Part shown: one piece after another, positions 14,390-26,872 of the stretch | Layout: the number at the start of each line of letters is the position of its first letter | Position numbering within the stretch: the first letter of the stretch is position 1 | Assembly (NCBI RefSeq): GCF_964355755.1 | Contig: NC_092674.1 | Span: 7,316,001-7,380,000, forward strand | Source of the DNA: Antedon mediterranea | Taxonomy: Eukaryota > Animalia > Echinodermata | Direction of reading: 5' to 3' | Length of the DNA: 64,000 nt | Notes under the pieces: generated by a model | Seen by the model: only the letters and a program-made list of their open reading frames with translations | What the model was told of the DNA's origin: nothing | The model's database searches: none | Translations under genes and position numbers: made by a program

Positions 14390-14556
14390 AAAATGACAAT
14401 GCTGTGTATGGTTCGGTCTCAAGTTGGATCTCAATGGAGATACAAATAATATAGGCAGAAAGCTACAGTATTCAATCAAAATAATAAATTAAAAATGCAC
14501 TAACAGCCAGAAAGAATATACAAAGCTTTCCAAAAACACTATTCATTCGTCTCAGG
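14390..14556 (-). mobile_element. Decayed copy of the 150-391 hammerhead-bearing element
   Basis: Colinear with the reverse complement of ~235-370 (AAATGACAATGCTGTG, GGATCTCAATGGAGATACAAA, AACAGCCAGAAA, AGCTTTC); hammerhead core eroded. Confidence 0.7.
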
Positions 14557-15339
14557 ACTAATAATTCAATTCAATTCTTTATTAATACATCAAAACAAAT
14601 TTGATCAAATTAACATCAAGAAGCTGAAGGTAAGCAACAATGTTATATAAATGCGTTATATAAATATTTAGACAAATTCACCAGGGCAGTATCTGTTGAT
14701 TCCGTGGGTCTAAAGGTATGAGCGCCAAGACTAGTGATATGGAGGATGTGGGTTCAGTTTTATACCTAGTACAGTATGCGTACAGTACGGTAAGTAATTA
14801 AGAATTTATATGCTGTAGCACTAATCATAACAAATTATAGGTGATGATATACGAAATAATAAAAAATAAGTGATTTCTAAATATACTGTACTTAAATGGC
14901 TAGTCTGTATAGCTAACATTTTGCTGGTAACAGAAGTAAAGTATCAACAATTAACATTATATTTATAATACCCTCATAGTTTATTATGTTGATGATTTTC
15001 ACATAAATATTACATATTACAATATACTCACAGATATTGAAGGCTGCTGGGGTGATAACTTGGAATCGCTTATTGAGGTTTCTAACAAAACCATCGCAAA
15101 AATGTTGTCTCATAAAATGATTTAATACTAGTACATCAAATACCAAACACTGACTGTCAATGTTATTCTTCTAACAGTATGCCAATTGAACGTTTATAAC
15201 TCAGTTGATTATAAGATGTACGAGGCAGACAACTGTTTATGCCAGCTTACTGAATGCACTATCTACCCTCTTGAATATTCCTAGCATTTTGTGATATTGA
15301 ACAGCAAACTAAAATGTGAAACCAGTAACAAGAATTTTC

Positions 15340-15960
15340 AGGAGGGAGTATGCTTTATCTTGCTTCTCGTTGGCCAGCTTGATACAAGGACGAAATTGGT
15401 ACTGTACATAAAAGACGTCGAAGTTTACTCAATGTTGTACATATATGAACAATGGATAGATATGTCAAAATACACAATAAATCTTATGATAAATAGCAAA
15501 TTAAAAAAAGAATGCAGTTTCCATACAAAAGTATGCTTTATCTTGCTTCTTGGCTTGACTGTACTTATATTACGAATATAAAGTTAATAGTCAACATACA
15601 CTATGAACATTGGAAGTACCACACAAAATGCACACTGCTACTAGTACAACCTATCTTTTGAGCCTTTATATAATAATAATGCTTTATCTTGCTTCTGTAT
15701 GTACTATATGCCAGCTTGAATGATATACTGTCCGCATATGAAGTTAATAGAATACAGTATGAACATTGGATGTAGTGCCACACAAAATTCACACTGTTTT
15801 AACTATCTATCTTCTGAGCCTTTCAATAAAATAAACAGGTACTTTCTTGCTTCTACTGTAGGCCAGCTTAAATGATATACTGTACGCATATGTAGTTTAG
15901 TCAACATTTACATATGAACATTAGAAGAAGTACCGGTATCCAACTGTATCTTCTGAGCAT
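15340..15960. repeat. Degenerate tandem repeat, ~4 units
   Basis: Recurrent ATGCTTTATCTTGCTTCT, GCCAGCTTGA, TATGAACATTGGA and TATCTTCTGAGC blocks. Confidence 0.65.
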
Positions 15961-16084
15961 TTACGATGACATCAATTTAATAACACAGTTTATAAACAGA
16001 CATAATACTTGATGTTTGCTACACATTTGTACGACGCTAAACTCAACAGTACACAAGAACAGTGAACAAGTATCGCAACAACTT

Positions 16085-16580
16085 CTATCCCAATCACCGG
16101 AATGTCTGCCATCTCACGTTGCTATAGCAACTCTTAATTAGTATTGATTTTAACGAGTGAACATAAAAATCATATCTAGTGGCATGGTGAGTTGTAATAA
16201 TAATGATCTCTCTTTTATATAATCAACGTTTACGGTTGTATCTAATGCTTCATCTACGACAAAAAAACTGAGCTGAATATAGATTTTCATTTTCATCATT
16301 TAAAATGAACGCTTCGAAAGTATCCAACGAGGATATATTAATTGCTTGATTTTACATGATCCGCTCAAAGTGTAAATATAAATTTCCATTTTTTAATTAT
16401 CCGTCGATGAAGATTAGACTTTCGGTGTTGTGACGGGTGTAGATATGCAGGAAGATGCTAAAAGCGAATCCGAAACAAACGTATCTCAAACGAGTTCTTT
16501 TTTTTAATTACCTTGTTGAATTTACTACATAGTTAATGAACTGTGAAACTGTCAATCAGCGTTGCCATGGTAGCGGTGTA
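16085..16580. promoter_or_regulatory. Promoter-like CpG-enriched segment with two RFX X-boxes and a PBX/PREP decamer
   Basis: GTTGCTATAGCAAC (16118-16131), GTTGCCATGGTAGC (16561-16574), TGATTGACAG on minus (16549-16558), CCAAT at ~16090. Confidence 0.45.
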
Positions 16581-18233
16581 ACGTAATACGAAATGTACAG
16601 ATTTTGTTTCGGGCTATTGATTTTTATGAGTTGGAAATATGACATTATACGTCATGTAACATTAAAAATGAATTTACTTTCTAATCAGTTTTATATGTTT
16701 AATAATTATGTTAGCGATCAAGATACTGAGCAGGTAGACAAGTGATTGGTATACTATGAAATGGCCAAGGTGTATCAAGTATAAAATGAAGAACAGTTTT
16801 TCATTGCAAGTTATCTTTAAAAAATAAACACATTGTTTAAAATTATATTTTTAAATAATAACATTAAAACTATAAAGATAAAGATTTTTAGTCAAATCAA
16901 ATAGGTAAATTTTGGAGTAGATTATGGTAAGTAAATGAGAATACCTTTTGCAGAAGTGACATTAAATGCGTTTAATTCATTTGTCAGCGTATTAACGACT
17001 TTCTATTAATGTTATCCAAATCAAGGCCATTTTATTCGTCTAATGCAACGCAATTAGTCAGTTAGATAGGGCAATAACCGACCTTCGACCCAACACGATT
17101 TCCAACCAGGTGCAAAAATGACTAATGCCCTTTGAACGTGAATTACATAAGTCTACCGTACGACTCTGGTATACCGTACCCACCAGGCTTAAACATAATG
17201 AAATAGGGAGTAAGTTCGGATGGTGGCTTGTTGAAAAGGTTCCGTTTTCATTTTTAAAAAGGCATCACAAGAAAGCTTTTCTATCGCTGCACAGATATGA
17301 AATGGCAAAACCATCAAACTGATGACTAAGCAATGTTATAATGAAAATAACATTTTCTAGGTTCTTATCTTAATTTAGTATTTCATCACTATGTAAAGAA
17401 TGTCTTGGTGATTCCAAAGAAAATACATGTTAATGTAATAAAGTTGTCAACATTTAAATTCCAAACACACTCAATGTTGACTAAATCTAGGAGTATTGTA
17501 TTGCAAGTATGCGTGTCGACTATAAACTAACAAAATATTTTTGAATCGCACAAGGGGTTAAACGTGACCTCTGCGAACTTCCTGTATGTTTTATCAATAT
17601 ACCACTATATTCCAAATTTCATGACCTCTTTTGTGAAGTTCCTCTGGACGTGACGAGATCAAGATGTTGTTAGTTTCCTAGGAAATCGCAACAGGTGATT
17701 CAGGTAAGACAGGAAATCAAAATTCTGCCAGACAGAACGTGTTACTTGATGGTTCACTCGCAAACAGGCACTGCCTAACGGGTCGGTCTCCTTAACGAGC
17801 ACACCCCATATAAATTTTAATCTCTTGAGCGAGTGATGCATAAACTTCTCATGCACTCCCTTGTGGGAATCGCGATTAGTTACAGAAGTTTGAATTTGAT
17901 TCCTAAGAGAGGGCATGATATCGCGGATGAACACATACATACATGCATCTGCTACAGGGACAACAGTTACAGACAATGCAACAGAACCTGCAAAAGTTCA
18001 ACATATTTAAATGCTGTCTGGAAAAATATGGCTGAAACAATAGGCTCCCAGAAATAGTCCACTTATACAGGAATACCAATTTGAAAGGTCCAGGTTCTTA
18101 TCAAATTTGAATACAGTTTTTCAATGAACCTCATATTCACGCATTATTTTTAAAATGCAATTTTTGTTTCTACAAATGGCGTTAATTCAAACAAAATTTC
18201 AAAATCAAAACCCCTAACTAACAAAGGCTTTAA

Positions 18234-18996
18234 AGCACTGTCTACATAATTATCAAACTGGTTTGACAAAAAAGTGTGATGTACCCAAATATGGTAGTGA
18301 TACCCCAAATATGGCAGTGATACCCCAAATATGGTAGTGATACCCCAAATATGGTTGTGATACCCCAAATATGGTAGTGATACCCCAAATATGGTAGTGA
18401 TACCCCAAATATGGTAGTGATACCCCAAATATGGTTGTGATACCCCAAATATGGTAGTGATACCCCAAATATGGCAGTGATACCCCAAATATGGTAGTGA
18501 TACCCCAAATATGGTTGTGATACCCCAAATATGGTTGTGATACCCCAAATATGGCAGTGATACCCCAAATATGGCAGTGATACCCCAAATATGGCAGTGA
18601 TACCCCAAATATGGTAGTGATACCCCAAATATGGTAGTGATACCCCAAATATGGTTGTGATACCCCAAATATGGTAGTGATACCCCAAATATGGCAGTGA
18701 TACCCCAAATATGGTAGTGATACCCCAAATATGGTAGTGATACCCCAAATATGGTTGTGATACCCCAAATATGGTTGTGATACCCCAAATATGGTTGTGA
18801 TACCCCAAATATGGCAGTGATACCCCAAATATGGTAGTGATACCCCAAATATGGTTGTGATACCCCAAATATGGTTGTGATACCCCAAATATGGCAGTGA
18901 TACCCCAAATATGGCAGTGATACCCCAAATATGGCAGTGATATGTCATCATGTCCATTGGGCACATCATTGATACTTTGATAGTGTAGAAAGAGCT
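18234..18996 (-). mobile_element. MITE family A (Harbinger/Tourist-like) copy with expanded internal array
   Basis: Family termini AGCACTGTCTACA...GATAGTGTAGAAAGAGCT enclose the 20-bp array. Confidence 0.85.
18281..18940. repeat. 20-bp tandem array, 33 units
   Basis: TACCCCAAATATGG(TA/CA/TT)GTGA; accounts for the three overlapping repetitive ORFs. Confidence 0.97.
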
Positions 18997-21029
18997 TTAG
19001 GATGAAATTCTGTTATTAAATAAACCTTTACTTTTCATGAACATTGCATAATTGATATTATTAATTTATATGCTTTAAAAATGCAAATGTACTTGTCTAG
19101 TATTGTACATTATTCTAATTTGAATCTAAAAAAAGTTATAAAATATTAAAAAACCAATACAATAAAATCTTTCCTCACAAAACACAAAATAATATTAACC
19201 TATTTATTATTGAAATAGACTTCCGAATGAGGAGTGTTATGTAAATATATTACAAAGAAACGGACAGCTGAATGTATAGTGTCAGGACATATTTGAATAA
19301 CAGAAATCAATAGAGATGAATGGGAATATTATGTGTAAATTTCATCGGCTGAACTTTGATGTTGACTTTAAGATGGATGCCAATTAGCGATGAAACTTTG
19401 GCTAAGGAGATGGCATGCAAGGTTTGTTCATTTAGCTACCGGTAATGATGGCGTGATATCTGGGTTGCTAGGCTAATATGGCGAGGTTCACAAAAGGCGG
19501 TCTCGTCATTCTGATCGTCTTTACTTTGGGAGAAGGGGTATTGGAATTAAAAAGTCTACACTATGAAGTCAATTCAATTAAAAAATTAATATAAACATAA
19601 AATTATTGTGAACTTTTGTTTTATTTTTTTAAATTTCTCTATGATTTTATTATAAGGACCCCATTGGAATTAAGCTTTTTAGCTTTATGGGTAATCCTTG
19701 GTATGTTGTACTGAATAAAACAAAAATGGTAAACAAATAGTATAAGTGAGGATTTTTGCCAACAAAAAAAAATTAATAAAATAAAAAATCCCATGAAAAA
19801 AATAAAAAATATAGGCCAAAAATACCATTTTTACTTTATTACATTATTAATCTGTTATTTCTTTAATTAAATAAAATATAGTATGGTACCATATTAGTAC
19901 TGAACAACAGTTGCATGTTTTCAGTAGCAAGGATAAATTGTATTCCTTGACATTGCTTTGACTTGCGGATGGCACTACTGTATCCGAATATTAATTAAAC
20001 ATTTTCACTGACTGGTTACATTTTAATTAACAGAGCATCCTTCCATTAGAGATATGTACATCAAAATCAAGTAAAGCATAGCAAATAATAAAATGGTTAA
20101 CTGTGATAAAGGTTTCATGATATTGTGGTTGTACAGTAATTTTTGTCAATTAGAAATCACTTTTTTTTCCATATTTGTCAAATATTGTTATTTTTTCTTT
20201 CAAAATAGTTTTAGGGTTGACTACAGATCCTCTCAGTTATAACTGTGGAGACCGGATTTATTTTCTTAGAAAATCCACACAATTCTCTCCAGATACGGCA
20301 CTATCTGCACAGTATCAAATGCAAAGTCTGTACTACAGTGTAACATGTAATCACATGTGGTGCCTGTATTATGTTAAGATTAGATTTTTAGGCTTATATA
20401 TATACAGGCATCACATGTGATATATGTGACTGTGTATTACAGAATGTATATATGTTTATATTCAGTACTGAGAATCGGCTAAACGGAAAACATTACTATC
20501 CAAAAAATCTTTCTTTGATGACAAACTGTTAGTTCTACAAACATTTAATTTCTTCCATAACTTTTCCTCAAAACTTAGTCTTTTTTATACAAAATAAAAC
20601 AGATGCAATTTCTACCTGAATCCACAAACACAGTGGTTATGAAGACACTGTACAGCTGCAGAGACTGCTGTAACCTAGATACAAAAACTAGATTTTACTA
20701 TCAAATAGCATTCAATACAAGTTAAATATAAACCACGAGTATTGCTGTTGCCAAAGGAAGCTATGTTTGGCAACGGTACTTAAAGTTACCATTTGTTGAA
20801 AGAGGCTAAAATTAAAAGTATGTCTGTTTGGTTAGACTCAATATGAGACAATTTTTCTGTGAATGGATGACACAAACAGTGATTCAACAATTATTTTGTC
20901 CAACTGTTCTACCTGGGACTAATCACTTGATGTATGGAATACAGTACTGCACCTTAATAGATGACAATTTTGGGAGGAAAGAGTGAGATAACTAGAGGCT
21001 AAACTTTAAGAAATATGTTGGGTACAGAA

Positions 21030-21700
21030 AGAGGAAGAGAATGCGATGATCAAAACGATAAATACTTTAACAGATGTAGTGAGGGAATAGGATGATGAGG
21101 ACAGAAAGAGATAGAAAATAAGAGATTTCAAGTATTGAGGGAATGATTCATGGGACAGGAAGAAATGAGGGAATGCAATGATCAAAGATATATACTAGTA
21201 CTTTAAATAGATGTAGTGAAGGAAGAGAGGATGATATGAAGGACAGAAAGAGATAGAAAATAAGAGATTTCAAGTATTGAGGGAATGATTCATGGGACAG
21301 GAAGAAATGGGGGAATGCAATGATCAAAGGTATATACTAGTACTTTAAATAGATGTAGTGAAGGAAGAGAGGATGATATGATTATGAAGGACAGAAAGTG
21401 ATAGAAAAAATAATAGATAAGATAAATCTTTATTGTCATGAACACAACAAGGCGAACATGAAATTGGTTATTTCAAGATTTCAAGTATTGATAGATGTAT
21501 TGAAGGAATGATTTATGGGACACGAAGAAATGAGGGAATGCAATGATCAAAGATATCTAGTACTTAAATAGATGTAGTGAAGGAAGAGAGGATGATATGA
21601 AGGACAGAAAGTGATAGAAAAAAACAATAGATTTCAATTGAATTTATTGATAGATGTAGTGAGGATGCAGAAAAAATAAATGCAGAGATTTTAAACACTA
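21030..21700. repeat. Purine-rich ~130-bp tandem repeat, 3-4 units
   Basis: Recurrent GAATGCAATGATCAAAG..TAGATGTAGTGAAGGAAGAGAGGATGATATG..GGACAGAAAG..GATTTCAAGTATTGA. Confidence 0.8.
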
Positions 21701-24700
21701 AAATTGATGAACTGTACTGTCGCGACAAGTCGAGATGGAAAAAGAGAAAAAACAAGAAGATTCAAATTATAATAGATGTATGAGGGAAGATGATGCTGAG
21801 GACAGAAGATATTAGAAGAAAATGACTGGTTCTGATTGTAAGCCTTGTATTACTTGCATCTGCCGGAAACTGTAACCTAGATATTATAAAGAACTAGATT
21901 CTGTTAATTAATGAAATCAGTGATTTCTGACACAGAAGCATCTTTATATGAGTCAGCAAAAGTTTCCAATTAAATTCAGCTTAAGTAATATGACACTATA
22001 ACATCATATATTGGGTATAATATAACATAACAGTAGTTCATTAATAAATTGAGAATATTTTCCCTCATTACCTATCTGTTATCTACAGCTAGTAATAGCT
22101 ATATACACCTATAGATATCATAGATACATTCAACTATCCCAATACCAGACACCCTAATAAGTCTGGTTTTTCAAAAATTCTGCTCAGATTCTAAATGTGT
22201 TTTTAATGGTAAACAAGAAATTGGCACTTTTAGACCTCAAAAATATTGTTTGTGGTAGAGAACATATGGGAAACAGGAATTTCTGAAAGATCCCAAATAT
22301 TTAGCCAGACCAAGGGTGTCAAACATTGGGAGAGTTTACCGTATTCACTGCTGTGCTAGTCAGTAAAATGATAAGACAAAGGTTGGTATTGTATGTAACA
22401 ATATTAAGACAATATTGTATGTAACCATAGAGATATATCACTATAATATCTCTATGATGTAACAATGTTAAATATATTGCTGAATAAATGTGAATTGAAA
22501 GTTAAGGATTATTTTTCAATATACTGTACATAAAGTAACCTTTTGTAAAAAAAAACAACTTGGGTGGATTGGTTGTGGTATATAGCAAATCAAAGGAAAG
22601 ATGAATATCAACATAGCTTTAAACCCACTAAATCTCCCTATCTGATCATTTCAATTGATAAGGGTGCCATTATATGTCACGTGCAACGACAGATCAGAGG
22701 TCTTCAAATCAGCATGGAACGTTGTATTGGATTTCAAAAACGCCATCTTGTATTTAGAATATTTCGTTATGAGATGATTCCAAATTAGCAACATCAATTT
22801 AGCAATTGTTTACTAATTTTGCACACGTTGTGTTTACATATTGATGGAGTTGCCTAGTAACATTAACAGTGTATGTTGAAAATATTATATGGCTTCATCT
22901 TCAATCAGGTCACTGTGACCTTAAACCGATTAACATATTCATGGTCAATTTACAAATGTCGCAAATGATAATTATTACATCAAAGTTGAATCAATCATAA
23001 AATAATGAAGATGAGATTGATTTACAGTTAATATTTAACACCTAGCAATCTACGCCGATGATACTGTAGCTCGTATTAAGCACTACTCACGATAATAAGC
23101 ACAGCACTTAAGCCCTAATTTAAGCATGTGGATTGGTGTATTACAGTACAATATTAGTTGATATCTACGACTGCAACATGATTTATTCATACAAACTAGT
23201 GTCGTGTCGTTTATGAATAACAACACATTAGATAGGAAATGGTTTTATTGTTCTAGCCTGTCATGACTCCGATCAACAAGCCTGCACAAAATGAGTCATT
23301 TTTTTCCAACCTATTATTATTATTAATACAAATTAAGACTGGAGTTTGATTAAATAAAAAATAATTCTACCTACAGTATATTGATGTGCAATAGCATTTT
23401 ATACAGTAGTTATATTTCTCCGCGTTTGAATGTATACTTGTGTGACTAAACATCACACGCCATATAACGCTATAATAAATAGTACCAAACGCGCCTACAA
23501 TGTACTGTAGGTTAGGGCGCTAATACGATTTAGTTATAAGATAAGATTTTAGAAGGTTTAGGTTCAGTTCATATCTAGTAGCGAGGTTGATTATTTAGTA
23601 GTTTTGTCAAGTCTGGGTCTGAATACATTAGTAGCCCGTTACTAATTAAATTAGAATAAAATAAAATAAAATTTAAATTAAATAGGATAAAAACTATAAA
23701 CCGTAGCTTCAATGTACACAAAATGCTCATGCACACTTTTTAAAGAACCTAATACATCTTTCAGGACGAGTAACCACTACTTAAAAGTAGACCTTCTAGT
23801 AGTAGGCCTCCTAAAGTAGTTATAATAATCAATTTTTTGATTGTGGAACGATGATGAAGATCGGGCACATTCATTATACTAACTGTATTTATAGTGAAGA
23901 AAGAATTGCATTATCAAATTTTATCAAATTCTATTTTTAACTACGATCTCTAGAATCTATGTCATAATACTCAGTCATCATTCTTAACAGTAGGCTTTCA
24001 GAAAACAAATGTGAGTAAACATAAACTAATTTAATTATAATAGTTACCAAGTCTGTGAGATATTGATATGACTATAAAAGAGGACAAACTGCTGATTTTG
24101 TGAGTTTTCTTTGACAAATCTTGTCTGAGATCTCACTGTGGGTCTTTTATCATAATATGGCAGAGTACTACTACAGTACTATCATAAATGATTTCATGAC
24201 TTCATATATTATATCTGCTTATAAACATTCGGCTATTAACAATGGAATTCATGTTTATTTTAATGTTCAGTATCGTTTATTTTAATGTTTAGTATCGTTT
24301 ACTTTAAAGCATGTTTCTCATACAGATTTAAAACAGAAATTGGTTAATGATATTGATGGTCCAATATACATATTCTTTATTTGTCATATGAACAAGGGGT
24401 CCTCGTTTTCTCCAAAAAAGGGATTCTAAGAAGCCCTTCTATCATCTCTCTGAGAGGCTATTATTTGGCAATGAAAGGCTCTCCTATTAAAACCATGGTT
24501 TTAGCAAGAATTGAACAGGACAAGGCCCTACAGAGAAAAGTAATGCCATAGAACTTCAGACCTGCCAACTCACTCCATTTTGTCGAGTGTCGCCCGATTT
24601 TAAGAGCAATCTCCATTTCACCCAAAATAATATTACAATATACTGTATGCATAGGCCTACTGTTACTATACTGTAAACGAACCTACTTGGTACCTTTCAA

Positions 24701-24899
24701 CCATTGCTGAATTCAATGTTACAGTGGGTATACCATTTTTAAATGGATTTTTAATAAAGATACTAAATGACAGTATGAATGCATAGTACTGTACTGTATA
24801 TTAACGGTAATATTATAAAATAATGTTAATGATTTATATACGAGGTTAATAATTTTTTTTTGAAAAAGTTGCTGATGGAACAGATTATTACAACAAGTG

Positions 24900-25345
24900 C
24901 AGTCAAGCAAAACTGACAGTAATGGAAAACAATACCGACCTGAATTTCCTCCCAAGCAATCTCTCCGCAGTGATAAACCTTCCCGTCTCTGTAATACATT
25001 CCGTTTGTTGAAAGAGAACTTAGGCCTAGCCAAGAAAACCTAAGCCTGTCAAGCTGTACAGATTCTTCAGGAGAATCTTGCAATTTGCAGGCAAACACGC
25101 CAGAACTTGACTGCTCCATGATCAGGCTGAGAATAAATGGCCTCAGCCGACTTCAAACCATGTGTAGAACAGACCTGCATTATTGATTTCCCGACGGCTT
25201 GTTCAACTTGCAAATAATTGTTATAGATTCTATGATTCTAATATAACGTAGCCGCTGACTAATACATTGGAGAATAGATAGGCCTACTGCTGTGTGCTGC
25301 ATTATGGCCAAACGCTGTTTCTCATTCACTCTGGGTCTAACCATA
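24900..25345 (-). pseudogene. Possible heavily decayed Tc1/IS630-like transposase fragment
   Basis: Frameshifted pieces MVRPRVNEKQRLAIMQHTAVGLS, ARPKFSFNKRNVLQRR and RKFRSVLFS resemble the HTH start and the approach to the first catalytic motif; resemblance only. Confidence 0.3.
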
Positions 25346-25630
25346 TTACTAACACATTCAGGCCTATACAAGTTCTACAACAGATAATGGAAGAGTCTAC
25401 AAATTAATAGTTAAACTACAGTTCACTCGGAAGTTTAGAAGTTCTCAAATCACTAAGCAATGATCTTTTAATGAGTGTCCTAAGGGAAATTCCACACATA
25501 GAACAAAGAAATACAAATATTAATTCCTGTCAATTAAAGAAATATATTTTCGTTACTTTCTGATAGCTAAAAGTGATTTAATTTTATATAAAACATTAAG
25601 TGTAGCAAATGTATGATTACTGGAGTCTTA

Positions 25631-25781
25631 AAACCTGTCTACACAATCAAACTTTATGTGACAAAAAATGTGATGTACCCATATATGGACATGATGATGT
25701 CATATCACTACCATATTTGGGTATATACCATATTTGGGCACATCACACTTTTTTTGTCAAAACTAGTTTGATAGTGTAGCT
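25631..25781 (+). mobile_element. MITE family A copy
   Basis: CTGTCTACACAATCAAACTTTATGTGAC...ACTAGTTTGATAGTGTAG. Confidence 0.85.
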
Positions 25782-26717
25782 TTAGGGGGCTAGGGAGGAG
25801 TTGGGATCTGGGTACAAAATTAGGAAAAATTAGGAGGATAATTATACTAATATTTATTATGAAATTAGTGTCTTAAGTTAAGTGACTATACTTGGTCGAG
25901 ATGTACGGTCAGTATTAGACTTCAAGCTCCGTAACTGTTTTTACTTTTTAAAATTATTTTTTAATTAATACATGTAGAACAATGTAATTCTTTTTTTTAC
26001 ACTATCTTCATAAGACAGTTCGGTTCTTTTAACTAATTTCATTTTCATTATTTCAACGAAAGAACAAAGTTGACCTTTAATCTGTACTAGTTATTGCACG
26101 GTACCGAATGGAAATTGCAATTAATAAAGTGTACACACCTCTTTTTGTTTTAATTAAAATTGACCATAAAGAAGTTGATTTATTGTTTGGAAAAGTTAGC
26201 AAGACTTTGGTATTACTGTATACATTGATAACTATACTTAATAATTACATAATTTTTTTTTTCTGTATGTAAGGCTACATTTATGGTACATCCGTACTGT
26301 ATACATTGATAATTATACTTAATAATTACATCATTTTTTTTCTTATGTAGCCATGATAAAAACAAGGTTTTTAAAAAAACCAAACCATAATTAAAAATCT
26401 TGAGCAACTATTTTTGTATTAACGACGTGGGCCATTTTTAAAGAGGAAAATAGATAACAGATAGGAGGTAATATTACATCGATCTCTCAGATTCATAGAG
26501 TGTCGGCCATTGAGGGCCATATTTTTGGGGTTATCATATAGGGCCATAGATGGAAGTATCATTTTATACCAAGTTCATTAAAAAAAAATACCTCATTAAA
26601 CAACGATTTATCAAACAATCTTTTTATTGTCCTTTTACTATTTATAGCATATAAAAGACGTCTTTCATTTTGATTACAATGCACTTTTCCAGCAGTTATA
26701 AGTGCTACTAACTGTAA

Positions 26718-26872
26718 AGCTCTGTCTACACTATCAAACTTTATGTGTCAAAACAAATGTGATGTTCCCATGGACATGATGATGTCATCACTACCATATT
26801 TAAGCATATCACTACCATATTTGGGCAAATCACATTTTTTTGTCAAACTAGTTTGATAGAGTAAACAGAGCT
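26718..26872 (+). mobile_element. MITE family A copy (full length)
   Basis: TIRs AGCTCTGTCTACACTATCAAACT / AGTTTGATAGAGTAAACAGAGCT, flanked TAA/TTA. Confidence 0.9.

Noticed and set aside
18150-18969. Three 238-252 aa ORFs
   Set aside because: Translations of the stop-free strand of the 20-bp array; all frames give the same peptide cycle.
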